A DNA stretch of 64,000 nt from Phoronis australis (GCA_002633005.1 NMRA01000237.1:372001-436000); one strand, 5' to 3'; counted from the stretch's first letter, positions 24,314 to 38,300 are shown. Notes: generated from the sequence alone by a model not told the origin. Program-made: numbers and translations.

Positions 24314-27067
24314 ATCTACAAACCAAATGATGAAAATTGTGTTTCAGAGCGGTGCTTATTTTATTTTGCTGTAAAAACGTTAGTGACGTGCAGAGCAAGT
24401 GAATATAATGTGTAACTGTAGCAACGGTTTTTGTGAATAAGCAGAAAGATTATGCTGTGAAAACAATATGCACAACTCACAGCATGTTTGAATGATTGTT
24501 CTGGGAGAAGCTTGGTTCTATTCTTGAGTTCCTTGACACAAAGATATATGTCACTTTTCTACTTTACAAAGACTGGCTACCTAACTACTAATAGATGAAA
24601 ATTTATATTGTTTTGCTATAGCAATGAAACCACTCTAAAATGAAGTAGACTGTATGGAACATTCATAATTGCTGGGAAATTTAAATGAAATGTCATTTTC
24701 TGTCATATCACTGGTTCTTGTAAAATTGCTTTTTGACTTCTGGGATTAGGTCTATGCTCCACACCAGTATTTCTGAAAATAATTGAATCTGACTAGCTAA
24801 AAGACAGTCTCTTAGAATATACCCATAACTACTAGTTTCTGAGATAATGTGTATAAGACAATATGTATCAAATGTGCTGTGATGTGCTAACTATATTGAC
24901 TAAATGTTTATTCAATAATTGTGTAGTGGGAATTTTAAGACCAAACTTATGACTTGGATAATTTTTGAGTCACTTTTTATGAAATAGACTCGGATTTGAA
25001 TGTAAATCATTGATTCTTGTTAAATTTGAGTTACTGTAAAATTTCACCAATTAAGGACAGGATTTGGCAGATTGGTGAAGTTTCATAAATGGTCCGCATT
25101 CCAAAAGTGATGCTGTATCACTTTGGACATATGCAGCTTTGCTTCCACATGATAATATTTTGATAAATAGTGGGCACTCGCAACAAATTTTTTTTTTGAA
25201 ATCTGAAAAAGGGCAGTTCTGCTAAATGATATTTTAGTGTGTAAAAAGATGGATGACAAGGATTCTTCATCAGACAGTTCAGATGAAAGTATCCATGTTC
25301 TATTATGCATTAAAGCCTTTGATCCCAGTCATTAGCAAGGTCTATAGTGTGTTCAAGAGATCAATTACAGTCCTTATTTGGGTTCAACAGCTTTCCTCTA
25401 TTGTGTTGCTCACTTGTACACCCTCTCACTCTGTTCAGTTGTTAGGTATTAAGTATGGCCCAGAGCTGTGGTAACACCTGTGTGGTGTTGAAATGGTGTT
25501 GCAAGGTGTTGGTCACTGACAGCTTTATTAGGTATTTCCACCTGTTCAGCTCCTACTCAGTATGGATGACAGGATAATTTTTTTCAATAACAAAGAATGA
25601 AAATAAGAAAATGTTAATCTGTTTCTTGTTTAATTTGTTATATTCATCTAACATAAATAATCATGAAATTTTCAGCATTTGTCAGCACCTGAAAAATAGA
25701 AAAATGGAAATTTTTTCTACAGTTCCAACATAAATCACTAACTGACAAATTGCCATATTTTCTTGTGAATAATTCTTTTGGAACTTTATGCAGACTATAA
25801 GTATTCCACATCAAAATTTTATAGAATGGCGTCATTTAATGTGAACTTAACTTTTGCATATACCAACTTCATCATTTATGATATGTATTTTTTGTAAATT
25901 CAAACTCTAGCTTGGACTTCATAGTTGTCATTTTAATACCCTGTGAACTTGAGGCTTTGTGCGTTGTATCATACAGTGGTTTGAGGAATGTTGTGGGCCC
26001 CTCTCATAAAACTGGTGAAATTTTAGAGCAAGAAATTTTCTGATGGTTATGCGCTGCTGGTTACATTCTGATTCAGTTCGGATTTTGCTTCGATATTTTC
26101 ACCAACACAGCGACATTTTGTCTGAAGGAATGCTTTCAATTTTATTTTGTTGGTGGGTTCTACCTGTGCTATTGACAACAAGATGTGATGACCTTGACAT
26201 TTGTGGCACGTCCATCTGTCATCATTTTATACATGAAACAATGGTTGAAATAAACTACAGCTGCGATTAAATCTCACCAATTTTGGATTATAAAAAGTGC
26301 CAAAATTAAAATTGAATACCCACAAGTCCTCAGAACCATTGTCAGATGGAATCGATGGTATAGATGTTCATAAATGATACAGCGTTTATTTGGTGTTACG
26401 GCAAAAATTATTCAGTGTGCTGGATTAATTCAAGGGGGGGGACTATTCAAGGCCTACATGGTGTGTTGATTCAATTAAAAGTCCGAGATTATCTGCATCA
26501 TGAAATGCTGGCGCATGCGTTGGTTGGCTATGTAGTGTCAGCGCCTGCCAATAGAGGGACGACACAACTTTCCGGTATTCATCAATCCTTTTTGGAACAC
26601 GCCCATTTGTGAAATCAGTCCGGCATATTTTTTCCTGAAATATTTCCGGGATTTTGGAATACATGGGAAGGACACTAATGTGGTTTTTAGCTGCACAATA
26701 CATCGTTTGTGCAGTAATGGGCTGATGGGTGAATGTACTGTATATGGGCTGTTGTTAAGATTGCTTTGTATAAAAATTTGCTGTAACCTGGAATGCTATG
26801 CTATTCAAATATAGTTTAGACCTTTACTAAATGATGTTTTGCCTGTGTGTATTGAAGTTGCCAGATAGTAAAGTTTGTTGTGGGTTGTAATCAGGATTTC
26901 ATCCAGGAATTCAAAAATAGGGTGTTCAAAATGGGTTTCCCAATTTCTCAGGGCATCCATTTCTAATAACCTATGATAATAGCTTTTGTTTGAGCCCAAG
27001 TTAAATTGGTGTTATAGTGTGGTATATTACTGTGGAGACATGGTTTGGGAATCTAACATCGTGTTTA

Positions 27068-27326
27068 CAGTAAAATCTCACCAATTTTGGACAAATTACT
27101 TTCCAAAAAATGACAATTCTTCATTTCTGGAGGGCTTCTAACATTGCTGTTAATGCCCACAAATTTTCAAAATGTTGTCTGTTGTCTGTAGCTATAATGT
27201 ACCGCATGGCCAAAACTTGAACGTGGCAAAGCACTTGATTTGTTGCTACATACCTTTCATGGGAAAATGATGAAAAAAATTCCAATTGTCGTCGATATTG
27301 TATCATAAAATGGTGAGAGTTTACTG
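27068..27326. mobile_element. Tc1/mariner-like MITE
   Basis: TA-flanked TIRs ta|cagtaaaatctcacca ... tggtgagagtttactg|ta. Confidence 0.6.
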
Positions 27327-28216
27327 TACTCGCTTACTGTACTTGGGCATGCAAATGCTGAACAGGGCATCCAATTGCTGAACAGGGCATCTAAATTTGA
27401 GTCGGGGTGTCATGTTGGGATGTACCAGACACCCTTTAGGTGACAGACTATTGGAAATGCTGTGGTTATCAAATGTAAATATGCTTTGAAACTTACCATC
27501 TTAAAATTAGATTTTGACTGTTTACTGTTATAGAAATGCTTTCATCTTGTTCTTTACTCAAAATTATTCCTCGGCTTGAGTAGATCTGACAGTTCTCTAT
27601 TCCTCATCATCAGACTCAATTAGTTAACTTGACCGGTCATTTACGCCGTAGCTTGTCATTAAACTGCATCAATCTGTCAGGTGTTTTTTGTTGACAAGAC
27701 AGCTATGCAGCACTTTTGAATGATGTGTTGGCACTGCCCTGCGGACGGTGCCATATGTTGAATTTTCTGTCCACGCATTGGGAACCACAACAAGTCTGAT
27801 TCTTATTAAACTGAGGAAACAAACATTGTCTTTGATAATAGAAAAATCGTAATACATTCTCCAATTGTAGAATGTCAGAGAGGACAATTCAGGGCTAAGT
27901 TGCATGGACGCAAGAAACTCTGGCAAATACAAAATCATGCAAATCATCACAAAGTGTCACCATGCATTTCAAGCAAAGCAAAATATCACACTAGCTTTAT
28001 CCGTGAGTGTCTTGCGCCGACGGAACCCATCCCAGATTCTTATTTCCTAGATAGATCAAGAACCGGAAATTGCTCGCCTATTTTGGGTCTATTCATGGGA
28101 TAAGCATCCCACTTAACTTCCCAATTACTTACTTTATACAGGTTCGATGGTTGTTTACTAGCGCCATCTTGTGAATTCCGAACTTCTCAGTTTGTGTGCA
28201 CTTTGTTGTGTTTCAG

Positions 28217-28361
28217 CTGAGCGAGACAGATAGCGTGAGGATCACTACTGATCTGGATGGGACATGTCTGTTAGAGATCACAGACGTACGCCCAGCTGAC
28301 GCAGGACAGTACAGCCTGGTGACACCAGGTGGAGCCATCAGCACCAATGTCGAAGTTCTTG
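28217..28361 (+). CDS. Exon: Ig C-half (LSETDSVRITTDLDGTCLLEITDVRPADAGQYSLV...VEVL)
   Basis: tttcag acceptor, phase 0-1; completes the Ig domain begun at 13465 across a ~14.6 kb intron. Confidence 0.92.
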
Positions 28362-28393
28362 GTAGGATTTTTTGTTCTATTCCTTGTGTAATC

Positions 28394-28550
28394 CAGGGGC
28401 GGATCCAGGATTTTGAGTTGGGGGGGGGGGCAGGGCAGAGTTTTAGCCAGGATTTTGCCCGTCAGACATTCGCACCCCCAAACTGCCAAATGGAATCTGG
28501 GAGAATTTTATGTGGGCCATGGCCCCCTTGGCCCCCCTTTAAATCTGCCT
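28394..28550. mobile_element. hAT-like MITE inserted ~30 bp downstream of an exon donor
   Basis: Starts CAGGGGCGGATCC, ends ...AAATCTGCCT, and is flanked by the 8-bp direct repeat GTGTAATC (28386 and 28551). Confidence 0.65.
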
Positions 28551-30618
28551 GTGTAATCTAATTACAGATATGAACAATTCTGCTTGCGATCTTATTCAAC
28601 ATTTTACTGATAGAGATTGGCTGGAGTGCAGTAACTCTCCACATATTTTGCACAAAAATGATTGGCAAATTGTAATTTTTTGCCTTTTTAAGGCTGATTA
28701 CCTTGCTGTAAACAGTGGAAACTTTGCCAAATGTTGTTTATGACATCTACACAGTGCAAATCAAGCTAATAATTTACTAAAATCTTCTTGCGGTATCTTC
28801 GTTTTTATAGAAAAATGCTCCTACAAAATAAAATTTCACCTGTCCGTCATATTGTTTGCTTAATAAATAAAGAATTGCCATTGTCAGATTCATCTTTCAT
28901 CCTTTTGCCCATGACTTCTTCCATTCTAGTGATATAATAATGAATTCTCAAGAAAACCAAGATGGCAAAATCTGGCGACTGTTCCTTAATTGAACAATTT
29001 TGTGTTGGGACCTATCCGTTGATATCGCTCAGTAATTTGTTTTTTTCTTCTCTATTGAACTACGTTGTAATCCCACTGTTCAACTGTCTGGCTACCATCA
29101 GGAATAGGCGCACGAGGCTTGAAAATAAAAATAAGACCCTTAATATTTTTTGAAAAGTTGTGGTTACTTTTTATCAGATTTTCTTTAGAGTGTTTTGTCA
29201 TTGTAGAACAAAATTCAAGCCACCTTGTTATACTTGTGTGCTTGCCATGAAATTTTTGTTTTTGTTTCCACCACCAGAGAGCAGCACTATTCATGCTATG
29301 AGTGACAAGCTTGTGGACTTAGATTTTGAAATATCTCAAAGCAAGTCTTATTTTGGAATGTTGGTATATTATCCTGGACCAATTGAATTGTACTCAGAGT
29401 TCAGATGTGTTTGATAAAATACAACACCCAATCTTCCACAGGGCTGGAAAATAGACTACCTTGAAGAAAAATGTGGGGACCGGCCTGACTCCAGCTGAAA
29501 ATGGAGATATGCAGGAATTCAAAATATACTATACGGCAATGTTATCAATTATTTTTGAAGAAATTTTACGGTATTTTATTGTATACTGGGAAAGTACTAC
29601 TTGAATATATTTTACCTATTAAATGCCATAGTTGAGGACCAAAGCTTGTTTTTTTGCTAACTGGTGCTGGTTGTCGTGGGAAAGATCCAATAATTAGTGT
29701 GGTCAAGGGCCATGCGTGTACAGTGGACATTGCGTCTGCAAAAAAACGCACTCAATCTTGAACATTGCTTACATTCCGTGAAAGTACATTGCGCATTTTC
29801 CTAGAGCAGGGTATATTTTCCAATTTTTTAAATGTCTTTCGGAGTTCTTTCCCTGCCCAAACTTTCACATGTGTAATTAATCAACAGGCTTGTGTAAGTT
29901 TACAGTTACATAGTGGTTTGTAAGACTGAGCAGCCAATCCAATTAAATATCTTCAGATGATCCTAGTAGAGAGTCATTAGTTACTTGTTCTTTCCCTGTG
30001 TGGATACACCTCCAGTAGAATTGTCTCACTTGAAAGGAATTGAGGTATTTATTGTACTTTAGTGCTAACTAGGAATATTTTCCATTTGGTGTATGTTTTA
30101 ATTTATCTGGTTTCAGAGGTGGATTCAGCTGTTAAGTTTAAAGCTACTTCAAACCAGCCTCGGATCAAAACACTAGTGTTTGACTTAAAGACCCTTTGTA
30201 GTCATGACATCAGTTCCAACTTGTTCCTTTTACTCAAGTGGGAAATGATTTCTGGTCTTGGAAAGACTTGGTGGTTCGTTATTCTTGGAGACGGCCTCAA
30301 CAAGTGGGCTGTCAGAATGGGTCATTTTATGCGAACGAACTTTGAGTTCTTTCCTAAGCCAAACTTCTTTTCATCTGAGCAATGAAAACTTGAGACTTGA
30401 GAGGACAGCTCAGGCGCTCTAAATGCAGAGTTTGTTAGACAAAGTGCGGAGTGGGGGGGGGGGTGTTAGCAGCTTTAATCTAGTCTTTTGTTGTTGGTAC
30501 TGTATGTGTATCACTGTCTCAACAGTAGCAGACCAGTGCTCACCGAATCAATGGCTGGTGCTTACTCCATGACTTGCTTTTGTCGTTTTGTTGATTGTTT
30601 TTGTCTTTCTCTCTACAG

Positions 30619-30661
30619 GAGCTAACGACAAAGCGTGGTCGACTCCAGGAGCAATAAAAGA
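30619..30661 (+). CDS. 43-nt micro-exon GANDKAWSTPGAIK(D)
   Basis: Long polypyrimidine tract plus cag, A|GTAGGT donor. Phase 1 to 2, which is required to join 28361 to the phase-2 exon at 32478. Confidence 0.75.
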
Positions 30662-32212
30662 GTAGGTATTGCTATAGGTTAACTTTGTGTAAAGATCTAC
30701 TTATGAAACTTTTAAAAATAAGCTGTGACTATAGAAGTGACTCTGGACACAAAATTGCAAACTACTGCAATGTTGGTGATCTCTTACCATTGTCGCGCAG
30801 AAAACGAGGCCACCACTGACGTTTTTCTTTTCCAAAGTTTATTTCTAGTGCCAAAATGTTAAAAGATGTTTAACATTTTGATTCTCGATAGCTATTACAG
30901 TATGCACAATTGGCCTGTTTAGCTGGTTGAAAAATGAAAATCAAAGTAGGCCTTTTAATGGGTCATGAAATTGATCTCACAATGTTCCATACTGGAGTCC
31001 ATTTCCATTGCTAGATCAATTGCATTGCATACGTGCACCATTTTCAAATTCACGTGGTGTTCATGCGCCATTGTCAAATTATTTTTGGGTTAGTTAACCC
31101 CAATAAACTCGGTGAAGCGTTTTCTTCAATCTCAGATGGGCACCAGGGTAAGGAGTATCAGGATATCGCTGCCGTGACGGTAAAAGGCTTATTCCGATTT
31201 TAGTTTTTTTAGCTAGCTTAATGCAGCTTTAGCATTGATTTTTTGTTGGGAAATTCAACAAAATTGAATTCCACTTGTCCCCTGTGCAGTTACTTAACGG
31301 AATGTTGCCAGCTGATCAGTTTTAAGTGGTACGTATTACACTGTGTGCTTAAGATTGAAGATTCCGAGTCTTTTAGTTTTTGATCAATTATGACAAGACA
31401 AATAATTCTTCATTCTCGGCATGGTAGATAGTGGACATCTGTCGAGTATCGTGTCTTAAAATTTTAGTATAGTACTTGCCAAGTGTAATCAGACAAGGTA
31501 CTGTTACCCTTTTAAATTGAGTGATGAACCCTCATGATGGGTTTTCCTAGCTAATCTGATGGTGAATTTACCTTGAACTCTGCCATCATGACGGGAAATT
31601 CTGTGTCATTTTGTTTTTGGTTAGTGTTGTCTATGTAGCATTGTAACAAGTTTTGAAATGGAAATCTATAATCTTAACAATTGTGTTGACTGAAATTGGA
31701 CAATGCTTTGTGTATACACCACATATTGAGTGAAACTGTTACAGCAATGGTAGTTGTAACTGTGTTCTTCATAATTGTATTGAAAAATATTCCAGCACAA
31801 TTTTTTGACATACGAAACTTTTCAATTATAATCGTTTGTTGTCAGCAGGAATGTGTCCTGGAGGCAGTTGGCTCTACACTTTCAGTAATTAGCCGTTCAG
31901 CAATTCACAAAATAACTTGCAATGGAAATAACTAGGAGTACTCCTGCTAATGCAAAGTTATTCACACCAAAGGCTAGAGTAGTATTGTCTCCTACTGTTA
32001 TCTCATTCCTGTTCAAGTGCTGCAAAACCACAAACCCACATCCCCAGTCAGTAATTAGCTCCCTGTTGTGCCTCACTCATGGATATGAAAAGTGGTGGCT
32101 AGCAAATTCCTTCTGGCTCTGAATTGTTCTACCAAGTGGCCAGTCAGTATGAAGTATTGCTGCTGGTGTTAAACATCTTGTTGGGAATCAATGCAAGATG
32201 TGTAGGTCTGCT

Positions 32213-32372
32213 CCTTATATGGAGGGGCTAATATTAGGGCCAGATTATGCCATTGGTGTTATGAGACTATTTTGGATTCATTAGGCCTGATTAGCCTGCC
32301 AGGCCTACTCAACTCCAACCAGCTGGTGACAACGTCCTGTATTCCTATTGCATCTTATAATCTGTGACGTCA
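32213..32372. promoter_or_regulatory. Candidate muscle enhancer or internal promoter (CArG, MEF2, E-box, CRE)
   Basis: CCTTATATGG 32213-32222, CTAATATTAG 32228-32237, CAGCTG 32320-32325 and TGACGTCA 32365-32372, all within 160 bp. Confidence 0.45.
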
Positions 32373-32477
32373 GTTAATCAAAACACATTGGATTTACTGG
32401 ACTATCTATAGGGCTCTTGTGTCTGTGCTTGTTAGCCTTCAGTGACTGACTGACAGTGATTCTCTGTGCCTTTCTAG

Positions 32478-32625
32478 TCGTGGTGCAGCACCACTGTTTC
32501 TGGAGCCGTTGGTGGATGTTTCGTGTCGGCCAGAGGAGTCGCTGTGCTTAGAGTGTAAAGTGGTGGGCACGCCGCGACCGGAGATTTCGTGGCTCAAGGA
32601 TGGAGTACCTCTGAAAATCGAAAAG
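32478..32625 (+). CDS. Exon: Ig N-half (APLFLEPLVDVSCRPEESLCLECKVVGTPRPEISWLKDGVPLKIEK)
   Basis: Translated by hand; tttctag acceptor, AAG|GTTTGT donor, phase 2-0. Confidence 0.9.
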
Positions 32626-34883
32626 GTTTGTAGTTCTTGCCTTTCAGTGAGCTGAGATGTGATTGTGTCAGGGATGTGTATGCACTTGGTTGAATTAGAT
32701 ATGGCTGCCACCTTGAGATCATCACTTAGCACATGACTATTGAGGTGGATGAGCAGATATTTGACTGTTTTAAGATTTAGAGAATGTATATTTTTAGTGG
32801 CTTATTGTTGCTGTTAGAAATAGCAGTTGGAAGTGGTGAACAGTGTTCCCATTGATAAAGAAACTCAGATCGGCATTTGCTTCATTAAGATATGCGACTA
32901 CCATATTGTAGTCTGTGTATCCATTTTCGTGTTTCTCCCTGAGAACACAGACCTAGCCAGAAGCTGTCCAAGTGAGTATTTAACAGAGGCCTAGGGATAG
33001 AAGTGGCGATCGACTAATCGAAGAAGTGCACTAAATGATAGTGCAATGAACAGGGGATGGGGAGAGAAGGCACATTGTTTATGCCAGTATCTGGACAGGG
33101 GAGGGGTGAGGGGCACCATGTCTGTGTCAATGTCTGGTAAGATCAGTAAGCCAATAGCTATGACTTTGACATAGTTGCTACATTCAGAGATGGGATTCTG
33201 TAGTTTATTCAGTTCACTTTGAATCTTGAAATTTTTCTTTTGTTCACCAAAATTCTCTTTTGTATCGTTTTTGAGCTCCAACATTGTAAACAAGCTGGTG
33301 ATCGCCTGTTTTAAGCATTATTGGCCGGAACAGTACTGTAGTTTCTCAATGATTGGGTCATTGTTAGCCAATCAAAACATCAGCATTGGAACAATATGTC
33401 ATTCACACAGTTATCCAGATCCACATTTTGGGTATTTTCATAGAATCGGTTGCGGCTATGAATAAACCTGGGGTTATTCCCAATGTTGCATAATATCATG
33501 TGACCTGACATGTTTGTATACGTAAGTTTAGCAACGAAAGATGAGTTGCTTTCAAATGTGTGGCATAGAATGAAAGTCCATGGCAGACGATATGGTTTTG
33601 GTGTCATTTCTAACAATGCGACTGCCGAACCTGCTTACATTGTACAATGTCACCACTGGACGCAACGGCAACCGGCTCTCAAGAATTATTTAGTCTCTAC
33701 TTTTGAAAGCACCTCCTCACCATTTTGAAATTAAAATGAGAGGCATAACTCTGGTGGTCTGTGGCTGAGCCGTGGGCGTTAAAATCTGATCGTTATTAAA
33801 GTTCGGTGATTCATAGTTTAACTCTCAACTGGACTCAACTCCCTAAAAGTACGACTGCTTGTCCGTCACTTTCTAGAGTTTGGCAGGTTTGCGTCATTGA
33901 AGCCGCTGTAAAGTCATTCTTCCATTTGAAAATCTAAATTTTGACTTAGACCACTTGTGAAATTGGTATTTATAAAATCGTTCGTTACTCGCATCAGAGC
34001 TGATTTCTGGCAAGAACTGTTGGTTCATTATTGCTTGAGACTGGAGTAAACATTAGCTTGCAACACTGGGCATAGTCATAAGAAGTAAGGACGCATCAGT
34101 GCCTGGTTGTATGAAACAGTCCTAAATAGGGACTAGGCTAACTTCCCTAAATCTGCTGCGTATTTGCAGGCTTGTGAAAACAGTGATTGCTCTTTCTTGT
34201 GTGCTGTTTGAGTATCATTACTATGGTAATTTTTGGCTTTGATGCAAATTGAGAGTGATCTCTACCTTGAATTTTCTATATTATTGAAAATAAGTAGATC
34301 TTTTCATGCAACACCTACAGTGTAAGGACTAAGTTCCTAATTATTTTGATTGAATTAAAGGCTCAGTTTTTAGTTATATTATTAGAAAATGCCATTAGTC
34401 AAAAAAGAGTGCATAATAAAGATAAGATTAAAGAAAAATATTACACCTGTGCCTAGAGAACGAAAAAAATACGAAAATGATTTAGGGAACTTAGTTGAGT
34501 CCCGATGTAGGACTGTTTCATGCAACCGGCCACAGGCTCTTTCCAAGACCAGAAACTACCTGCCATCTGTACTAGGAACACGTTTAGGCCACCTTATACT
34601 GGTGGTAAGTGGTCTATACCTGAATTTGTTTCTGATACCGAGTCTGAGTACAAAAGTGTTCACGAATACACCTGTAGTTGCGGGGGAACTCAAACCACCA
34701 GAAAAGTGGCAGCAAAAGTGACCCTTGTAAATGGTTCACATTACTGGTGTTTTTGCCATCTTGTGAGAAAGTGCTAGTGAAAAGGCTGGCATTTTAGCCA
34801 GTTATGTGAATGAGGTATTAGATGGCACTAGACATTTTTGGCAGCGTTACTAGTGCCATCTAGATGTTATTGCAAACTTTGAT

Positions 34884-35378
34884 CACTGATGGCAGGGAAT
34901 TGTTCAAGTTTTACAGTGAACTGATGGCAGGGGATTGTTCAAGTGCTATGATAGGAGGGGATTGTTCAAGTGTGTTACAGTACACTGATGGGAGGGGATT
35001 GTTCAAGTGTATTACAGTACACTGATGGGAGGGGATTGTTCAAGTGTGTTACAGTGCACTGATGGGAGGGGATTGCTCAAGTGTTGCAGTGCAATGATGA
35101 GAGGGGATTGTTCAAGTGTTACAGTGCACTGATGGGAGGGGATTGTTCAAGTGTTACAGTACACTGATGGGAGGGGATTGTTCAAGTGTTACAGTGCAGT
35201 GATGGGAGGGGATTGTTCAAGTGTTACAGTGCAGTGATGGGAGGGGATTGTTCAAGTGTTACAGTGCACTGATGGGAGGGGATTGTTCAAGTGTTACAGT
35301 GCAGTGATGGGAGGGGACTGTTCAAGTGTTACAGTACACTGATGGGAGGGGATTGTTCAAGTGTGTTACAGTGCAGTG
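34884..35378. repeat. Minisatellite, ~14 copies of a 35(-37) bp unit
   Basis: Unit ACAGTGCACTGATGGGAGGGGATTGTTCAAGTGTT. Confidence 0.95.
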
Positions 35379-38300
35379 TTCAATGGTATTGTTATCATCA
35401 AGGCTATAACTTAAACAAACAGGTCCCAGTTGTATAAACACTGGGCCAACTTATTGTTATGTGCCTCCCTTGTTCAGATTTACTGTTATGCCCCATTGTT
35501 TTGTCAGTTAGAACTTCAGCTGACTATCCTTTTTATTAGGGTGATTCTCCATCCTTCACTTATTTAACAAACATTATGGCGGGACTAGTGAAAGTCTATT
35601 TTGTCAAATTTCTTCTCAAGAGTAAAGATTGCCAAAGGTTTAGTATGTTACTAGTATAGTTTGTAGACATCATAAAACAGTGTTTGGTGAAGTTTGCACT
35701 GAGGTCCTCCATGGAAAGCAGTGTGAACTGATGGGGGTACCCTCATTGTAAATATTACATTAATAAATAATAAATAATAAATTTTTGTAGCAACCAACCT
35801 TTGAAAATGACAATTTTTTCAATTATTGTTGTGCAAAAGGAGTGGAGGATTACCACACCAATCATGTGTTTCTAGGGAAACAATCCTGGGGGTGTATTAA
35901 ATTAAGGGAATAACCTGCTGACCTCTAAAACCATAGCTGTGCCTGTAGAGGGAGCAAGTGATCCTTTCTAGCTCTATTCTCATTCATAGAATCAGTTCAC
36001 TACAAAGGGACTCTTGTACCATTTACAAGTAGCCTGAATGTGGATATCATGAAATAAGCTGATTAACTTTAGCAGACTGGTCTGGAAATTTCCCTGTCCA
36101 TTGATTTCTTTAGATGTTCTTTCGCACTAAAAGTTAGTCAGTGGGAAGGAAATGTATGGTATTTCTTCAGTTAGCTCACAATATGGCCGACAAGTGAAAT
36201 TTTTCCACAAAAGTAAAGATTAAGGACACGTTACTCTGTTACAAGCATAGTTTGTAGTGTGGAGATGTTATAAAACAACATCTGCTTAAGTTCCTATTGT
36301 TTGCAAAAACGTAATTGGCAATTGAAAAGTAGAAAATGACAATTTTGGCCATTCTTTTTGTGCGAAACAAGTGGAGAATCACAGTACTTGGTTTAATAAA
36401 AGCATTCTTCGCCTGGGTACAGCGTTGTGCAGAAGTATTAAATATATTGTTCCCAATGTTTTCATACACAGTAATTTTTCATGCACGTTGCTTATTTTTT
36501 AATCGCTTCATTTCAATTGCATTTTGCTAGAACTTGTCCACATGAAAATTGTGCTCATAAAGGTTAGTATGCTTGTTTTATAATATAACAAGCCTAGTAT
36601 TATTTTCCTCTGTGTATTTTAAAAGCATCATTTTTTCCTAAGTTTTCTTGTTTATGTTGTTTTTTACACAATCTCTTATACCATGATGATAGATAGGAAT
36701 CTAGCCCTGCTAACAATATAATCTTTCATTCATTGCTTTCACAACATAAGTGCTGTCCATTCACATACTTATCCTAGGACCAGTTAGTCCTGGAACGAGT
36801 TCTCGCTAGCTTTGAGGGCTGTCTGGACGTTTCTTAAACTAAAGCAACTTCCCCACTTGTGATAACTTACTTAACCTTATCAAAGTAGCATAACTTGTTC
36901 TAGAGTAACTTGTGCCATTTCTAATTCCTGTGTGGCCGCAAACCTGGGACATGGTGGCAGTAATCAGCTGCGGTTACAGACCAGACAGGTCTTATTTTGT
37001 ACACCCTATTGGCATCAGCTGTTCATTGTCAATGCACAGAGTGACAATTTCCGCTATTTATTGGGGATGTGTATGTATGTGGACGCTCCACTAAAAGAGA
37101 GGCAAGTTGTACTAGTGCAAGTTGTTCCGGGTTAAGTCTGCGTGCAGACGGGACTTTTTGGCCCTGAATTTCTAAATTTTCATCTGATGTCTAAAGTCAT
37201 TGCAACATGTAGAAACAAATTTGCTAGATGACAATAGAATATTTTGTTGGCAGCGTTCAGTGCCACCTGCAGTTTACCTGTGTCGTGGATTTAATGCTGT
37301 GGGCTTTCACATTGTGTGGTCTAATTACCACTGCTGTGGTGACTATATTCAAATGATTCATTCCAAAAAAGTCTGTGAATGAAAAAAATTGCATTTGTCT
37401 TTGTCTGCTCGACCCTTCTTGCACAATAGAATTTGAAATTAGGTCAATCGAAAGTCGGGTGTTGTGCTCTCAATATGGGAAAAAGTTTTGGCCGATATTT
37501 GCTGTAGCAGTAGGCAGTATGTAACATGTAACGCGTGTTTGAATTGAAAGGACAGTATTCGTTTGGGACATTTTGTTTTATGCACATTTTGGTTGGCATG
37601 AATAGACTTGAGGGCATCTATGTTTATACATTTTGGACTTGACACTTGGGGAAAAGCTCCCAAAAATAAACTCAACATTGTTTCTCATGCCTTGCATACA
37701 TTGAGACAGCAATATATATCAGCAAGTGAAGTCAACTTTCCCTTGAAATTGGTTTCTGTTGGTTCACAAGAGTTTCTCTCTTTGCTGGTCGTGTTTACAG
37801 GCAATTTTCATGTTTTAATTGCTTTTTCTGGTTATTGCCTTTAGTGAACAGTCTTGGTCTTGGTTTTATGTGTGACATAGAATTTTGGGCATTAGCCCAG
37901 ATTTTTGAGAACAAGTTTGATGCCCCTTATCCATTGGACCACTGTAAGTGACTATTAATGAATTTTGGATTTATTGACAAACGGTAGATTTCTCATTTTG
38001 GAGATTTTTTATTCTTCCAAAAACATGGTGGGAGCTATTATTCAGAGAATGACAGTCTACAAGCTACAAAATAGAACTTTGAATACTACCAGGGCATTTT
38101 GGGAACAATTCGCAGTGTAGGCCTACAATAAAAAGAAAGCAAGTCTTGCAAAGATACCTCTGAGTCCACCCTTGCACTGAGTGTGATATGGGAACATGGC
38201 ATGTTCTGCACTCTTAGATTATTTTGTTGGCGGTCTTTTTGTCTCAAAATGTAGAGCGCCAGAAGAAATCATAAACATCAATATTGTTTAAGTCATTCAA

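Noticed and set aside
26277-28086. Isolated CArG boxes at 26277, 27081 and 28077
   Set aside because: Two lie in MITE termini, and isolated CC(W)6GG matches are expected by chance at this AT content.
34884-35378. CRISPR-like array
   Set aside because: The units are contiguous tandem copies with no unique spacers, there are no cas genes, and the context is eukaryotic.
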